DNA of 22,995 nucleotides from Candidatus Fraserbacteria bacterium (lineage in GTDB: Bacteria > Bipolaricaulota > Bipolaricaulia > RBG-16-55-9 > DRXL01), in the NCBI GenBank assembly GCA_947085185.1, contig CAMTVK010000013.1:1-22995 (forward strand), written 5' to 3'. Shown piece after piece: positions 13,548 through 22,995 of the stretch (the stretch's first letter is position 1; the number at the start of each line of letters is the position of its first letter). Both the position numbers and the translations under genes were made by a program. The notes under the pieces are model-generated. The model was not told the DNA's origin. It saw only the letters and a program-made list of their open reading frames with translations, and ran no database searches.

Positions 13548-16500
13548 CCAAGAAGCTCGAAGAAGTCCGCCATTTAGGGGAGAAGAAGCGCCCCACTACG
13601 ACCGTGACCAAAGAGACCTACGATCGAGATTACTCTCGTTATGCGTTCAGCTATCCAACGGATAAGTATAAGTACGTGCTCCAGCCGGGGCTCTCCCGCG
13701 AGGTGGTCGAAGAGATCTCGGCGATCAAGGACGAGCCCCCATGGATGCGGGAGTTTCGCCTGTACGCTTATGAGGTCTTTCTGAAGAAGCCCATGCCCAC
13801 GTGGGGCGGCGATCTTTCTGCGATCAATTTCGACGCGATTACGTACTATGCGACGCCCACGGATAAGGGCGCACGCCGGTGGGAGGACGTCCCTGAGGAA
13901 GTCAAGAAGACCTTTGATCGTTTGGGCATTCCCGAAGCCGAACGAAAGTTCTTAGCAGGCGTCGGCGCACAATACGACTCGGAAGTCGTCTATCATTCCA
14001 TTCGCGAAGATTTAGCGAAGAAGGGCGTGGTCTTTCTCAGCATGGACGACGGCCTGCGCGAGTACCCGGATTTAGTGAAGGAGTACTTCGGCACGGTCGT
14101 GCCCCCCACGGACAATAAATTCGCGGCGCTGAACTCTGCCGTCTGGTCGGGAGGATGCTTAACGGCTGATGCCCAGGTGTTTACTGTCGAGGGAATCAAA
14201 TCTATTGCTGAAATCCGCCCAGGGGACATGGTAGCAGCTCTGTCGCCCAAAGGGGAGCTTGTGTCTGCTCCGGTGGTCGCCCAGATCTACAGCGGTCGCA
14301 AGCCTGTCTATCGATTTCGTGTGGCTGGCCGCATGCTGGAGGCGACCAGCAATCACATGTTTCTGACCTTAGAGAAATCCTCCGTTCCGCTTGACTGTGT
14401 TGGGCGCAAGTGGAGGATGGTGTGGAAACCCCTGGCGCAGCTTAAGGTAGGTGACATCATTGCCATTGCCAAGCGGATTCCCTGGCAAGGGCAGAGCAAG
14501 GCGCTCCCCCCATTGCCAAGCTATCGGAAGAACCATCACCTGCGGCGCTCCTTGTGCGCTCCTGCGAGGACTAGCCCAGACCTCATGTGGCTGTTAGGGA
14601 TATGGGTAGGCGATGGCAACACTTACGCTCCCCATCCGCATATGCGCTTCATTAACTTTGCTCTCCCTCAGAATGACCCTGCGCGCCTGGAGGTCGTCCG
14701 GCTTCTGAAGAAGCTCTTTCACTATACGGTTAAGACACAGACTCCCCAAAGCTTTACGGTATACTCGAAGGCACTCGGCGAGTGGCTTGCTGAGTTGGGT
14801 TTTGTGGGCAAGGCTAAGACAAAGCGTATTCCTCCCTGGGTCTTCGGGCTGCCGTTAGGAGAGAAGCTCGCTTTCCTTGGTGGACTGTTGGACTCAGATG
14901 GTTGGGTGGAAAACGAAGGCAAGACGGTGTGCTTTGAGTTGGCCAACGAAAAGCTCATTGAAGACATCAAGCTGCTTGCTATCTCGTGCGGTCTCTTCAG
15001 TGATGGAAAGATCAGAGAGCGCCGTCGTCGTTCGGCTCTCTTGAAGCAAGAGAAGCGTCAGATTGTCTCTGGTAGAACGTATGCCTGTCGCATCACCGGG
15101 AATGTAGCGCTGATAGGGAGCCGCAACCCACGCTGGCGAGCTCTCTTCGATCGAGCGCAGAAGCGTACCTTTGATAAGTATACAACCATCACGGGTGAGA
15201 ATTTTTCCAGCTTGGCAACGGAGGAGATCGGCTTTGCCCCAATTCGTGAGAAGCAGTATATCGGCGTGCGCGACGTGTACGATATCCAAGTAGAAGGATA
15301 CGCAAATTTCGTAGCTAATGGGATCGTTGCTCACAATAGCTTCATCTATGTGCCCAAGGGCGTGCACGTGGAGATCCCATTGCAAGCGTATTTCAGAATC
15401 AATGCGCCGCAGATGGGGCAGTTTGAACGGACGCTCATCATCGCCGATGAAGGAGCACGCGTGCATTATATAGAAGGGTGCTTGCCAGGGGGCGAGCAAA
15501 TCAGCGTAGGTGACCGGTGGACGAACGTCGAAGCCCTCAAACCCGGTGACTTCGTGATCGCCGATAACGGCGAGAGAGCCCGCGTCCGAGCCGTGATGGT
15601 CCGCCCCTATCGCGGAGAGATGCTCACCATCCGGCCTATCTCGCCATACAATGCGTTTAGGTTGACTCCAGAGCACCCCGTGCTGGTCGTGCGTCGCTCC
15701 AGCGTCTTACGGAGACGCAGATCGCGCAACGGGTGGCTTCCGGAAGTAGACACGAAGAAGCTACTTGCGGCTCAGCCAGAGTATGTGCCAGCGGGCGAAC
15801 TCACCGTCGGGGATTTTCTAGTCTTTCCCAAGGTGCAAGCCCAGGGCTATAACCCCAAATATTCTTCAGAGCTGCTCAAGCTTCTGGGGTACTATCTTGC
15901 CGAGGGCTCGGCGTTTATACACAAGACGCTCAATGTGCCGGTGGTCAGCTTCACGTTCGGCGCAAACGAGACGGATGTCGTCGCCGAAGTCTGTGATCTG
16001 ATTACTCAGACCACGGGCAAGAGGGCCTATGTAACCGAGCTCAAAGGGAGACACGCCGTGAACGTGACGGTCTATTCCCAAGAGCTCTTTGAGCTGTGCA
16101 GAAGCTCTTGTGGTAATGGTGCGGCAACAAAGCGCTTGAGCGACGAGCTTATGGCACTCCCTCCAGAGCAGATCGAGCCCTTGCTGACGGCGTATTTCGC
16201 TGGGGATGGCAACGTCTGCGACAAAGGCAATAGCGTGATGTATCGTGCAGCTACGGCCTCAGAGACGCTCGCTCAACAGCTTCAGGAGCTCCTTGCTCGC
16301 CAGGGCATCTATGCGAGTATTCAGGTGCGCCCCGGCGGCGACGACGTGATCAACGCCAGAAAGATCCAGCGAAAAGATCAATATATCATCACGTATACGG
16401 TTGACCAACAGTGGAGCGAGATTCGCCAGACGGACAGATATTTCTTGGTGCCCATCAAGGGCATCGAGCGAGCGCCCTATGAGGGCTTCGTCTTCAATCT

Positions 16501-17260
16501 CGACGTCGAGGGACCTAATTCGTACTTGGTGCGGGGCTTTGCTGTGCACAACTGCACCGCACCTATCTATTCGAAAGAATCGCTGCACTCTGCGGTCGTC
16601 GAGCTCATCGCCAAGCGCGGCGCCCATCTGCGATATACGACCCTACAAAACTGGTCCAACGACGTCTATAACTTAGTGACCAAGCGCGCAGTGGCCTACG
16701 AAGAGGCTACGGTGGAGTGGGTGGACGCCAATATCGGTTCTCGTATCACTATGAAGTATCCGGCTGTATATATGCTGGGCAAGGGCGCACGCGCAGATAT
16801 TCTCTCCGTGGCGTTTGCCGGCAAAGGCCAGCACCAAGACACCGGGGGCAAAGCGATCCACGCGGCTCCGTATACGACGTCTACAATCGTCTCTAAGTCC
16901 GTCAGCAAGGACGGCGGGCGCGCCACCTATCGTGGACAATTGGTCGTTGCTAAAGGGGCCCATCATGCCAAGTCCAACGTGCGCTGCGATGCGCTGCTCT
17001 TAGATGAGCGCTCTCGCTCGGATACGTATCCGTATATTGAAATTGACGAGGACCAAGTGACCATCGGACATGAAGCGACCGTCGGAAAAGTCGGCGACGA
17101 CCAGATCTTCTATCTGATGAGCCGAGGGCTGTCCGAATCGGAAGCTCTGTCCATGATCGTGCTGGGATTTATGGAGCCGTTTACCAAGACATTGCCAATG
17201 GAATATGCTATTGAATTCAATCGGCTCATCCAACTTGAAATGGAAGGCTCGGTTGGGTAG
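13544..17260 (+). CDS. sufB: Fe-S assembly scaffold SufB precursor containing two inteins (about 486 aa after splicing)
   Basis: LGIPEAE…[83 protein letters not shown]. Confidence 0.97.
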   Translation: MTKKLEEVRHLGEKKRPTTTVTKETYDRDYSRYAFSYPTDKYKYVLQPGLSREVVEEISAIKDEPPWMREFRLYAYEVFLKKPMPTWGGDLSAINFDAITYYATPTDKGARRWEDVPEEVKKTFDRLGIPEAERKFLAGVGAQYDSEVVYHSIREDLAKKGVVFLSMDDGLREYPDLVKEYFGTVVPPTDNKFAALNSAVWSGGCLTADAQVFTVEGIKSIAEIRPGDMVAALSPKGELVSAPVVAQIYSGRKPVYRFRVAGRMLEATSNHMFLTLEKSSVPLDCVGRKWRMVWKPLAQLKVGDIIAIAKRIPWQGQSKALPPLPSYRKNHHLRRSLCAPARTSPDLMWLLGIWVGDGNTYAPHPHMRFINFALPQNDPARLEVVRLLKKLFHYTVKTQTPQSFTVYSKALGEWLAELGFVGKAKTKRIPPWVFGLPLGEKLAFLGGLLDSDGWVENEGKTVCFELANEKLIEDIKLLAISCGLFSDGKIRERRRRSALLKQEKRQIVSGRTYACRITGNVALIGSRNPRWRALFDRAQKRTFDKYTTITGENFSSLATEEIGFAPIREKQYIGVRDVYDIQVEGYANFVANGIVAHNSFIYVPKGVHVEIPLQAYFRINAPQMGQFERTLIIADEGARVHYIEGCLPGGEQISVGDRWTNVEALKPGDFVIADNGERARVRAVMVRPYRGEMLTIRPISPYNAFRLTPEHPVLVVRRSSVLRRRRSRNGWLPEVDTKKLLAAQPEYVPAGELTVGDFLVFPKVQAQGYNPKYSSELLKLLGYYLAEGSAFIHKTLNVPVVSFTFGANETDVVAEVCDLITQTTGKRAYVTELKGRHAVNVTVYSQELFELCRSSCGNGAATKRLSDELMALPPEQIEPLLTAYFAGDGNVCDKGNSVMYRAATASETLAQQLQELLARQGIYASIQVRPGGDDVINARKIQRKDQYIITYTVDQQWSEIRQTDRYFLVPIKGIERAPYEGFVFNLDVEGPNSYLVRGFAVHNCTAPIYSKESLHSAVVELIAKRGAHLRYTTLQNWSNDVYNLVTKRAVAYEEATVEWVDANIGSRITMKYPAVYMLGKGARADILSVAFAGKGQHQDTGGKAIHAAPYTTSTIVSKSVSKDGGRATYRGQLVVAKGAHHAKSNVRCDALLLDERSRSDTYPYIEIDEDQVTIGHEATVGKVGDDQIFYLMSRGLSESEALSMIVLGFMEPFTKTLPMEYAIEFNRLIQLEMEGSVG
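14156..15337 (+). mobile_element. intein 1 in SufB (394 aa) with LAGLIDADG homing endonuclease
   Basis: [12 protein letters not shown]…ATSNH (block B)…LLGIWVGDG…[10 protein letters not shown]…VYDIQV…[10 protein letters not shown]. Confidence 0.95.
15479..16552 (+). mobile_element. intein 2 in SufB (358 aa) with LAGLIDADG homing endonuclease
   Basis: [12 protein letters not shown]…LTPEHP…LLGYYLAEG…LTAYFAGDG…VFNLDV…[10 protein letters not shown]. Confidence 0.95.
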
Positions 17261-17271
17261 AATTACACTGA

Positions 17272-17338
17272 CCCCTCTCCCCTCCTTAACTGCCCAACCC
17301 CCCTCCTCCGCCCTGGAGAGGGGGGTGCTTTGAGAGGG
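17272..17338. repeat. nested C-rich/G-rich palindrome between sufB and sufD
   Basis: Inner stem ACCCCCCT(C)CTCC/GGAGAGGGGGGT (17297-17326); outer CCCTCTC/GAGAGGG. Confidence 0.6.
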
Positions 17339-17355
17339 ATCACCTAGGTGATTTT

Positions 17356-18624
17356 ATGAATACGCTCACCCGTGATGTCGTGGCGGAGCTTGCTCAAGAG
17401 TATCGAGAGCCCGCGTGGCTGGTGCACAAGCGTCTTGAGGCATTCGAATCAGCGCAGAAGCTGCCCATGCCGGAGTCGCGCTACACCAAGATCCGAGGGT
17501 TTGATCTCCAGAGTTTTGATCTTATCGGGCGGGATGGTGGAAGCGCTCACGTGAGCGAGTTTGCCACGGAGCGTGAGGCCGTGCATATTCAGATTGATGG
17601 GAAGATCGTCACGACGCAGGTGTCGGAGTCACTACGCTCCAAAGGGCTTATCTTCTGTGATATGGCGACGGCGGTGCGCCAGTATCCCGATCTTCTACAA
17701 GAATATCTCTTCCAAGTAGTCTCCCCGCATGAAGACAAGATGACGGCTCTTGTAGGCGCGCTCGCCCATACTGGGATTTTTATCTATATCCCTAAAGAGA
17801 CCGTGCTCGATGAGCCCTTGAGATTGGTATATCTGTTAGATAAGCCCTGTATGGCTGCATTGGCGCATCAGGTGATCGTCATTGGATCTGGGAGCCGCGC
17901 TACGGTGCTCGAAGAAGCCTATGCCAAGCACCCTGATGGGGGAGAGGCACACATGCACGCGGCGATCTCGGAGGTCTATCTGGGCGATGGGGCGCAGTTG
18001 CAGTTTGGGGCCTTACAGAATTGGAATGAAGAGACGTTCAGCTTTGTGCGGCGTCGCGCACACGTAGGACGCGACGCGAAGCTTCAGTGGACGATCGGGT
18101 GGCTGGGCGGCAGGCTCACTCGAAGCTATGTAGAGAGTCAGCTCCGAGGTCCCGGCGCCGAGATGGAAGATATTCAAGTGCTCTTTGGGCGCCACAAGCA
18201 GCACTTCGATCTGACGAGCTCTCTGAGAAATATGGCTCCGCACGTCAAGGGCCAAATTCACATGAAGGGCGTGATGAAAGACCAAGCTCGCTCGGTGATG
18301 TACGGCTTCATCCGGGTTGAGCCGGAAGCTCAGCAGTCCAATTCGTATCAGTTGGCTCAGGGGCTGTTGCTCAACGACGGGGCCCATTGTGACGCGATTC
18401 CCGGGCTGGAGATCGAAGCCAACGACGTGCGCGCGACTCATGGGGCCTCCATTGGGCCGATTGACGAGGAGCAGATCTTTTATCTCCAGAGCCGTGGCTT
18501 AGAGCGCGAGCACGCGCAGCGTACTATCGTTGAGGGGTTCTTGACACCCACGTTGGAGCAAATCCCCATCGCGGGGGTGCGTGAGCGCTTTCACGCGTTT
18601 GTCGAGCAGAAATGGAATGAGTAG
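17356..18624 (+). CDS. sufD: Fe-S assembly protein SufD
   Basis: EPAWL…R, beta-helix SufBD core, IPGLEIEANDVRATHGASIG.IDEEQIFYLQSRGL. Confidence 0.95.
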   Translation: MNTLTRDVVAELAQEYREPAWLVHKRLEAFESAQKLPMPESRYTKIRGFDLQSFDLIGRDGGSAHVSEFATEREAVHIQIDGKIVTTQVSESLRSKGLIFCDMATAVRQYPDLLQEYLFQVVSPHEDKMTALVGALAHTGIFIYIPKETVLDEPLRLVYLLDKPCMAALAHQVIVIGSGSRATVLEEAYAKHPDGGEAHMHAAISEVYLGDGAQLQFGALQNWNEETFSFVRRRAHVGRDAKLQWTIGWLGGRLTRSYVESQLRGPGAEMEDIQVLFGRHKQHFDLTSSLRNMAPHVKGQIHMKGVMKDQARSVMYGFIRVEPEAQQSNSYQLAQGLLLNDGAHCDAIPGLEIEANDVRATHGASIGPIDEEQIFYLQSRGLEREHAQRTIVEGFLTPTLEQIPIAGVRERFHAFVEQKWNE

Positions 18625-18626
18625 CT

Positions 18627-19022
18627 ATGGTCGTTTCGGCAGACTTAGATTTTATCATCGAGCACTATAAGAACCCCCAGAACTTCGGGCACTTGGAGAA
18701 CCCCGATATTGTGCATGAGGAGGGCAACCCCAGCTGCGGGGATCAGATCCGCATCGAGCTCAAGATCGAGGATAACAGAATTGCTGACGTGCGCTTCAGC
18801 GGCAGGGGATGCGCGATCTCCCAAGCGGCCGCTTCGATCCTCACCGAGGAGATCAAGGGCAAGACGCTTGACGAAGTGAAAGAGTTTGATAAACAGAAGA
18901 TGCTCGATCTGCTGGGAATTGAGCTGAGTGCCATGCGGCTCAAGTGCGCGTTGCTCGCGTTGAAAGTGGTCAAAGCGGGGATCTACGGGATCACGGCGTG
19001 GCCAGGAGAAGAAGAAGGATGA
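18627..19022 (+). CDS. sufU: SUF system NifU/SufU-family sulfur-transfer/scaffold protein
   Basis: IEHYKNP.N.G, NPSCGD, GCAISQAAAS, RLKCALL. Confidence 0.93.
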   Translation: MVVSADLDFIIEHYKNPQNFGHLENPDIVHEEGNPSCGDQIRIELKIEDNRIADVRFSGRGCAISQAAASILTEEIKGKTLDEVKEFDKQKMLDLLGIELSAMRLKCALLALKVVKAGIYGITAWPGEEEG

Positions 19023-19330
19023 GCAAGAAGATCAAGATCGCGACAGTTGGTGAACTTGCCCCTGGACAGTACAAGAGCGTCGAGATTGAGGGGGAGCGCA
19101 TTGCGCTCTTCAATATTGATGGGAAGTTCTACGCGCTCAAAGATGTCTGTACGCACGACGGGGGCATCTTGACGGGAGGGACTCTCAGGGGCTATATTAT
19201 CGAGTGTCCTCGACACGGGGCGCAGTTTGATGTGCGCACCGGCGCAGTGGTGCGCCTGCCCGCGTATGTTGGCGTTGAGACGTATTCCGTGCACGTCGCA
19301 GGAGACGAGCTCTTTATAACTCTTGAGTAA
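19019..19330 (+). CDS. Rieske [2Fe-2S] ferredoxin
   Basis: CTH…CPRHGAQFD Rieske motifs; ATG 19019 overlaps the sufU stop (ATGA). Confidence 0.93.
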   Translation: MSKKIKIATVGELAPGQYKSVEIEGERIALFNIDGKFYALKDVCTHDGGILTGGTLRGYIIECPRHGAQFDVRTGAVVRLPAYVGVETYSVHVAGDELFITLE

Positions 19331-19342
19331 GAAGGTGACACC

Positions 19343-20593
19343 ATGGCCGCTCGGCCCGACGCTTGTAAAACTCTTGATCCATCTGTTCTGCGCCACGACT
19401 TCCCCATCTTCACCCGGACCGTGCATGGGAAGCCCTTAATTTATCTGGACAACGCTGCCACGACTCAGCGCCCCAGCGCCGTGATCCATGCCATAACAGA
19501 GTATTATTCTCGCTACAATGCGAACGTCCATCGCGCGGTACACACGCTCTCCCACGAAGCGTCGGTCGCCTATGAGGACGCCCATAAGAAAGCTGCGAAA
19601 TTCGTCAATGCGCGCTCGTGGCGCGAGATCGTCTTCACCAGAAATGCTACCGAAGCGATCAACTTGGTCGCGTATGCGTGGGGACTGCATCATCTGCAGC
19701 CGGGCGACGAAGTCTTGCTGACTATTATGGAGCATCACTCCAATATCGTCCCGTGGCAGATGCTCAGAGAGCCCAAGAAGATTGAGCTCAAGTTCTTAGA
19801 TGTCACCGATGAGGGGCGCCTCAAGTTCGCCGACCTCCCCAAACTCTTAACGCAGCGCACCAAGCTGGTCGGAGTGGTCTACGCCAGTAACGTCTTAGGG
19901 ACGATCAATCCGATCCGAGAGATCATTGAAGAAGCCAAGCGCGTCGGAGCCGTGACCCTCGTAGACGCTGCCCAGGCCGCTCCGCACCTCCCTATAGACG
20001 TCCAAGCTTTGGGATGTGACTTCCTGGCCGTCTCCGGACACAAGATGCTCGGCCCCACAGGGATCGGCTTTCTCTACGGGCGCAAAGAGCTTCTGGAGGC
20101 AATGCGCCCGTTTTTGCACGGCGGCGATATGATCTCCACAGTCACCACGGAGAGCGTGACGTTCAACGAGCTGCCCTGGAAGTTCGAGGCGGGCACGCCC
20201 AACATCGCCGGGGGGATTGGGTTGGGCGCAGCGATTGACTATCTTTCGACTTTGGGGCTAAAGAACGTCTACGCCCACGAGCAGAAGATCCTAGAGTACG
20301 CTCTGGAAAAACTCTCCCAGATTCCTGATCTGGAGATCTACGGGCCTAAAGACACTCAAGATCGTCTTGCGGTGATCTCGTTCAATCTCAAGGGCGTGCA
20401 TCCGCACGATGTCGCGGGGATCTTAGACGAAGCAGGGATTGCCGTGCGCAGCGGGCACCACTGCGCGCAACCATTAATGAGAAGGCTAGGGATGGAGAAC
20501 ACAGCACGTGCGAGCTTTTATATCTATAACTCCGAAGACGACGTGGACGCGCTGGTGGACGCCCTCAAGACCGTGCGCAAGCTCTTCGCTTAA
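19343..20593 (+). CDS. sufS: cysteine desulfurase SufS (group II)
   Basis: YLDNAATTQ.P, MEHHSNIVPW, SGHKMLGPTGIG (PLP Lys), EAGTP, RSGHHCAQP. Confidence 0.97.
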   Translation: MAARPDACKTLDPSVLRHDFPIFTRTVHGKPLIYLDNAATTQRPSAVIHAITEYYSRYNANVHRAVHTLSHEASVAYEDAHKKAAKFVNARSWREIVFTRNATEAINLVAYAWGLHHLQPGDEVLLTIMEHHSNIVPWQMLREPKKIELKFLDVTDEGRLKFADLPKLLTQRTKLVGVVYASNVLGTINPIREIIEEAKRVGAVTLVDAAQAAPHLPIDVQALGCDFLAVSGHKMLGPTGIGFLYGRKELLEAMRPFLHGGDMISTVTTESVTFNELPWKFEAGTPNIAGGIGLGAAIDYLSTLGLKNVYAHEQKILEYALEKLSQIPDLEIYGPKDTQDRLAVISFNLKGVHPHDVAGILDEAGIAVRSGHHCAQPLMRRLGMENTARASFYIYNSEDDVDALVDALKTVRKLFA

Positions 20594-21657
20594 CTCAGCA
20601 ACTCTCGACACTCCCGAATGAACTCCGTAGTGAGCCTCACGGTGTTTTCAAAATCGTCCAAGCGCAACAGACTCCACGGTGAATGAATATACCGGCAGGG
20701 GACGGAGAGCACGCCAGACAGAATGCCCCCACGGGCGGTGTGAATCGCTCCAGCGTCGGTGCCGCCGTAGACAGGGAGCTTATATTGATAGGCGATCTTG
20801 AGTCTCTCGGCGAGCTTCTCTAGAGCTTCGACGACGCGACGGCTGACCACAAGAGAATTATCAGCGATGGTGATCGCGGGGCCTTTGCCCAAGGCCGTCG
20901 GCTGGCGCGCCGCAGCGACGCCAGGGACATCTGCTCCAATCGTCCCTTCCAAAGCAAGCGCCACCTTGGGATTAATACTATATGCGGCCGCACGTGCCCC
21001 GCGCAGCCCCGTCTCTTCTCCAATGGCAAAATTGCAGACCAACGTCAGGTTTAAATTTTCTCTCTGAAGCTCTTGGAATGCTCTGATGGCGACAGCGCAG
21101 CCCGCCCGATCGTCGAAGGCTTTTCCGCCCACGACCTGGTCGCTTAAGCGCTCAAACGGATAATACGGTACAGCCGGATCCCCAATACGAATCCCGATCT
21201 TCTGCACCTCTTCGAGGGAAGAAGCGCCGACGTCAATGAAGAGATCTTCGAGCCTGAACGGCTTCTCTCGGTCTTCGGGCTTGAGCACGTGGGGCGGGAT
21301 GCTCCCAATGACCCCTGTGATGAGCCTTCCTTCACGCGTGCGTACTTTGACGACTTGAGCGGGCAAGATTCTTATATCCCAGCCACCAAGGGTCGCGAAG
21401 CGCAAGAACCCCTTCTCTTCGATATGACTGATCATAAGCCCCACTTCGTCCATATGCGCGTCGAGCATGAGCGTGAAGTCTGAAGATCCCTTGCGCGTCA
21501 CGATGAGATTGCCCAGGGGATCAACGCGCATCTCGTCGACGAGGGGCTTCACAAGCCGTGAGATCACGTCTCGCACGTCGTCCTCAAAGCCAGAGACGCC
21601 AAACGCCATCGAGAGCTGTTCCAGCACCTGAACGCTAGGAGAAGAGTCTGTCGCCAT
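20590..21657 (-). CDS. M42-family (TET-like) metalloaminopeptidase
   Basis: GVSGFE, DAHMDEVG, KAFDDRAG, EETGLRGA, GGTDAG, RYIHSP; stop overlaps the sufS stop (TTAA). Confidence 0.93.
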   Translation of the reverse strand: MATDSSPSVQVLEQLSMAFGVSGFEDDVRDVISRLVKPLVDEMRVDPLGNLIVTRKGSSDFTLMLDAHMDEVGLMISHIEEKGFLRFATLGGWDIRILPAQVVKVRTREGRLITGVIGSIPPHVLKPEDREKPFRLEDLFIDVGASSLEEVQKIGIRIGDPAVPYYPFERLSDQVVGGKAFDDRAGCAVAIRAFQELQRENLNLTLVCNFAIGEETGLRGARAAAYSINPKVALALEGTIGADVPGVAAARQPTALGKGPAITIADNSLVVSRRVVEALEKLAERLKIAYQYKLPVYGGTDAGAIHTARGGILSGVLSVPCRYIHSPWSLLRLDDFENTVRLTTEFIRECRELLS

Positions 21658-21658
21658 A

Positions 21659-22903
21659 CTAGATCTTTCTCAACAAGATAGCCGAATTATGTCCACCAAA
21701 GCCAAAAGAATTCGAGAGCGCAATATGCACTTTTGCGGGGCGGGCCTTGTGAGGGACATAGTCGAGATCGCACTCTGGATCAGGATTGTCCAAGTTGATC
21801 GTGGGCGGCAAAATCCCGCGATCGAGCGCCATCAGGGTAGCGATCGCTTCGACAGCGCCGGCCCCCCCCAGCAGATGGCCGATCTGAGATTTCGTCGAGC
21901 TGACGGCAAGCTTATAGGCGTGCGCCCCAAAGAGTCTCTTGATCGCGCGCGTCTCGCTAATGTCTCCCAAGGGCGTCGCCGTTCCATGAGCGTTAATATA
22001 ATCAACTTCTTCTGGGCGAACTCCAGCGCGCTCCAGCGCCATGAGCATCGCTTTGCGCGCGCCCTCACCTTGCTCATCCGGCGCGGTGATGTGCTTCGCA
22101 TCGGCGCTCATCCCGATGCTGGCAAGCTCCGCGTAGATATGGGCGCCACGCGCACGAGCGTGCTCTAAACTCTCCAAGATGAGAATCCCTGCGCCTTCGC
22201 CTACGACAAAACCGTCACGGTCCCTGTCAAAGGGACGCGACGCCCTCTCGGGAGCATCGTTGCGACGCGAGAGCGCTCCCATCTGATCAAAGCCTGCAAA
22301 CGTCAACGGGCGAGAGACCGACTCTGTTCCCCCAGCGATCATAACGTCGGCGTAGCCGTAGCGAATCGCATCGGCGGCAAGTCCGAGAGCGTGATTGGAG
22401 CTCGCGCACGCTGAGACCGTCCCATAATTGGGGCCACGCACCCCCCACTCAATCGAGATCTCCCCGACGACCGCGTTGGGCATGAACGTGGGGATAAAAA
22501 ACGGGCTGACCCGACCAGGCCCCTTCTGCAAGAGAATATCGTAATTTTCTGTCAGGGCTTCGATGTTGCCGATCCCCGTCCCGATGACGACCCCAATGCG
22601 CTCGCAGTCTTCTTTCGTAAGATCAAGGCAGCCGTCCTCAAGAGCGAGCCTTGTCGCAGCCAGAGCTAACTGCGAAGAGCGTCCCAGGCGGCGCGCCCGC
22701 TTTTTATCCATAAACTGCAACGGGTCGAACTCCCGAATATACGCGCCGATCTTGACCGGGATATCTCTCAGATCGACGACGTCATCGACGCGGGTGACCC
22801 CGCTCTTGCCCGTGGTCAGCCCTTCCCAAAATGCTTCTTTCCCGATGCCGATGGGCGTGACGACCCCAATTCCTGTGATGACGACTCGTTTGGACTCGCT
22901 CAT
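21659..22903 (-). CDS. fabF: 3-oxoacyl-ACP synthase II
   Basis: [56 protein letters not shown]. Start set to ATG 22903. Confidence 0.97.
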   Translation of the reverse strand: MSESKRVVITGIGVVTPIGIGKEAFWEGLTTGKSGVTRVDDVVDLRDIPVKIGAYIREFDPLQFMDKKRARRLGRSSQLALAATRLALEDGCLDLTKEDCERIGVVIGTGIGNIEALTENYDILLQKGPGRVSPFFIPTFMPNAVVGEISIEWGVRGPNYGTVSACASSNHALGLAADAIRYGYADVMIAGGTESVSRPLTFAGFDQMGALSRRNDAPERASRPFDRDRDGFVVGEGAGILILESLEHARARGAHIYAELASIGMSADAKHITAPDEQGEGARKAMLMALERAGVRPEEVDYINAHGTATPLGDISETRAIKRLFGAHAYKLAVSSTKSQIGHLLGGAGAVEAIATLMALDRGILPPTINLDNPDPECDLDYVPHKARPAKVHIALSNSFGFGGHNSAILLRKI

Positions 22904-22913
22904 AAACTCTGCT

Positions 22914-22942
22914 ATGATAACGAATACTCTCTCACTCAGCAA
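22914..22942 (-). promoter_or_regulatory. possible sigma70 promoter for fabF
   Basis: TTGCTG (22942-22937), 17-bp spacer, TATCAT (22919-22914), 10 nt before the ATG. Confidence 0.5.
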
Positions 22943-22995
22943 GGTCTCTTGCTGCTGTGGTGTTGATTTGCTAAGATTGTTTCTGTTCGAGATCG

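Noticed and set aside
22971..22995. Possible acyl carrier protein C-terminus (…DLEQKQS*) upstream of fabF
   Set aside because: Only seven codons are visible; context is suggestive but insufficient.

Overview
A GC-rich bacterial chromosomal window that is mostly housekeeping. The gene set and style suggest a thermophilic, deep-branching lineage such as Bipolaricaulota/Acetothermia, but this is inference only. Left to right it holds: the end of an unknown gene; two exported DOMON-domain paralogues plus a DUF2231-like membrane protein; an RpoD-like sigma factor; an IscA/HesB A-type Fe-S carrier divergent from an RseC-family gene; a secreted PLD-family protein coupled to priA; a Zn-type MDR oxidoreductase, recR, ybaB/ebfC and dnaX behind tRNA-Pro(TGG); a suf operon (sufC-sufB-sufD-sufU-Rieske ferredoxin-sufS); an M42 peptidase; and fabF. 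The most notable item is a complete transcription unit missed by the ORF track at 8601-9046. It has a near-consensus sigma70 promoter with an A9 spacer tract and a ~260-nt structured leader containing a 13/14-nt anti-Shine-Dalgarno. It encodes a 23-aa Lys-rich histone-H1-like peptide (MATKKKAATKKKTTAKKTAKKKK) followed by two hairpins. Also notable are a SufB interrupted by two full LAGLIDADG inteins, a palindromic element inserted in frame in priA, and a cryptic transmembrane micro-ORF downstream of iscA.
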